From the NCBI RefSeq assembly GCF_006345805.1, contig NW_021829086.1:1-6965 (forward strand): DNA of 6,965 nucleotides, read 5' to 3'. This document shows positions 6,570 through 6,965 of the stretch, in pieces. The notes below the pieces were generated by a model. It ran no database searches and had not been told where the DNA came from. It worked only from the letters and a program-made list of their open reading frames with translations. Every line of letters starts with the position of its first letter. The stretch's first letter is position 1. The stretch is from Octopus sinensis (Eukaryota). The position numbers and the translations under genes were made by a program.

Positions 6570-6879
6570 TGGTTGTTGCTGCATAACCCTAGGTCTGTCG
6601 TGTTCCAGTTGTCCTACAACTCATAGATATTCAACCGAATGACGAAACGCTATTCAAAAATCCGCCATCGTTCTTCTGTCATCACACTCCAGCCAAACCG
6701 ACACCCATTTTGTGTGCAGACAGTGATGACGGTCAGCACACGCATTGGCACTCTGGTTACTATCCAGGATATTGACAGAGGCTCATCATGGATTCTGTGT
6801 ACAGTGACCACAATGGACGTGGACAAGGTGGACTTGGTCAAAGCACAGATGTTCATCTTCATTTAATTTTGTTGATGCT

Positions 6880-6915
6880 GATGGCTGCAGTGGTCGAGTT
6901 GGTGATGGTTGTTGT

Positions 6916-6947
<32 letters not shown>

Positions 6948-6965
6948 GGTGGTGGTGGTATTGGT
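6880..6965. repeat. (GTT)n / (GGT)n trinucleotide repeat
   Basis: Directly visible; continues to the window edge. Confidence 0.95.

Noticed and set aside
1-6965. CRISPR-like array, Fanzor/TnpB-type nuclease, viral or other novel coding system
   Set aside because: No regularly spaced repeat-spacer structure, no long ORF and no RuvC, integrase or capsid motifs. Observable structure is mostly explained by ordinary eukaryotic TEs and microsatellites.

Overview
Repeat-dense, non-coding-looking eukaryotic DNA. The microsatellite load and SINE types resemble cephalopod (Octopus-like) genomes, but that taxon call is inference from recalled repeat families, not a database result. Best-supported content: (1) a 5'-truncated, heavily degraded RTE-clade LINE (RT C-terminal half, C-terminal zinc-finger-like motif, 3' tail; ~1820-2940, +); (2) at least five tRNA-derived SINE copies or fragments from several modular families; (3) a ~1.1 kb non-autonomous Tc1/mariner-superfamily (Tc2/pogo-like) DNA element with degenerate TIRs (5464-6569) carrying a younger nested SINE; (4) a probable short hAT-type MITE relic; (5) many (GT/CA)n, (TA)n, (GA)n and (GTT/GGT/ACC)n tracts. 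Most ORFs in the supplied track are microsatellite artefacts or TE debris. I could not identify an intact host gene and see no convincing evidence of a new protein-coding system. The most worthwhile leads are an unexplained stop-poor reading frame at 392-895, a microsatellite that expanded inside RT coding sequence, SINE module shuffling with a CpG-decay signature, and 42-bp direct repeats bracketing the DNA transposon.
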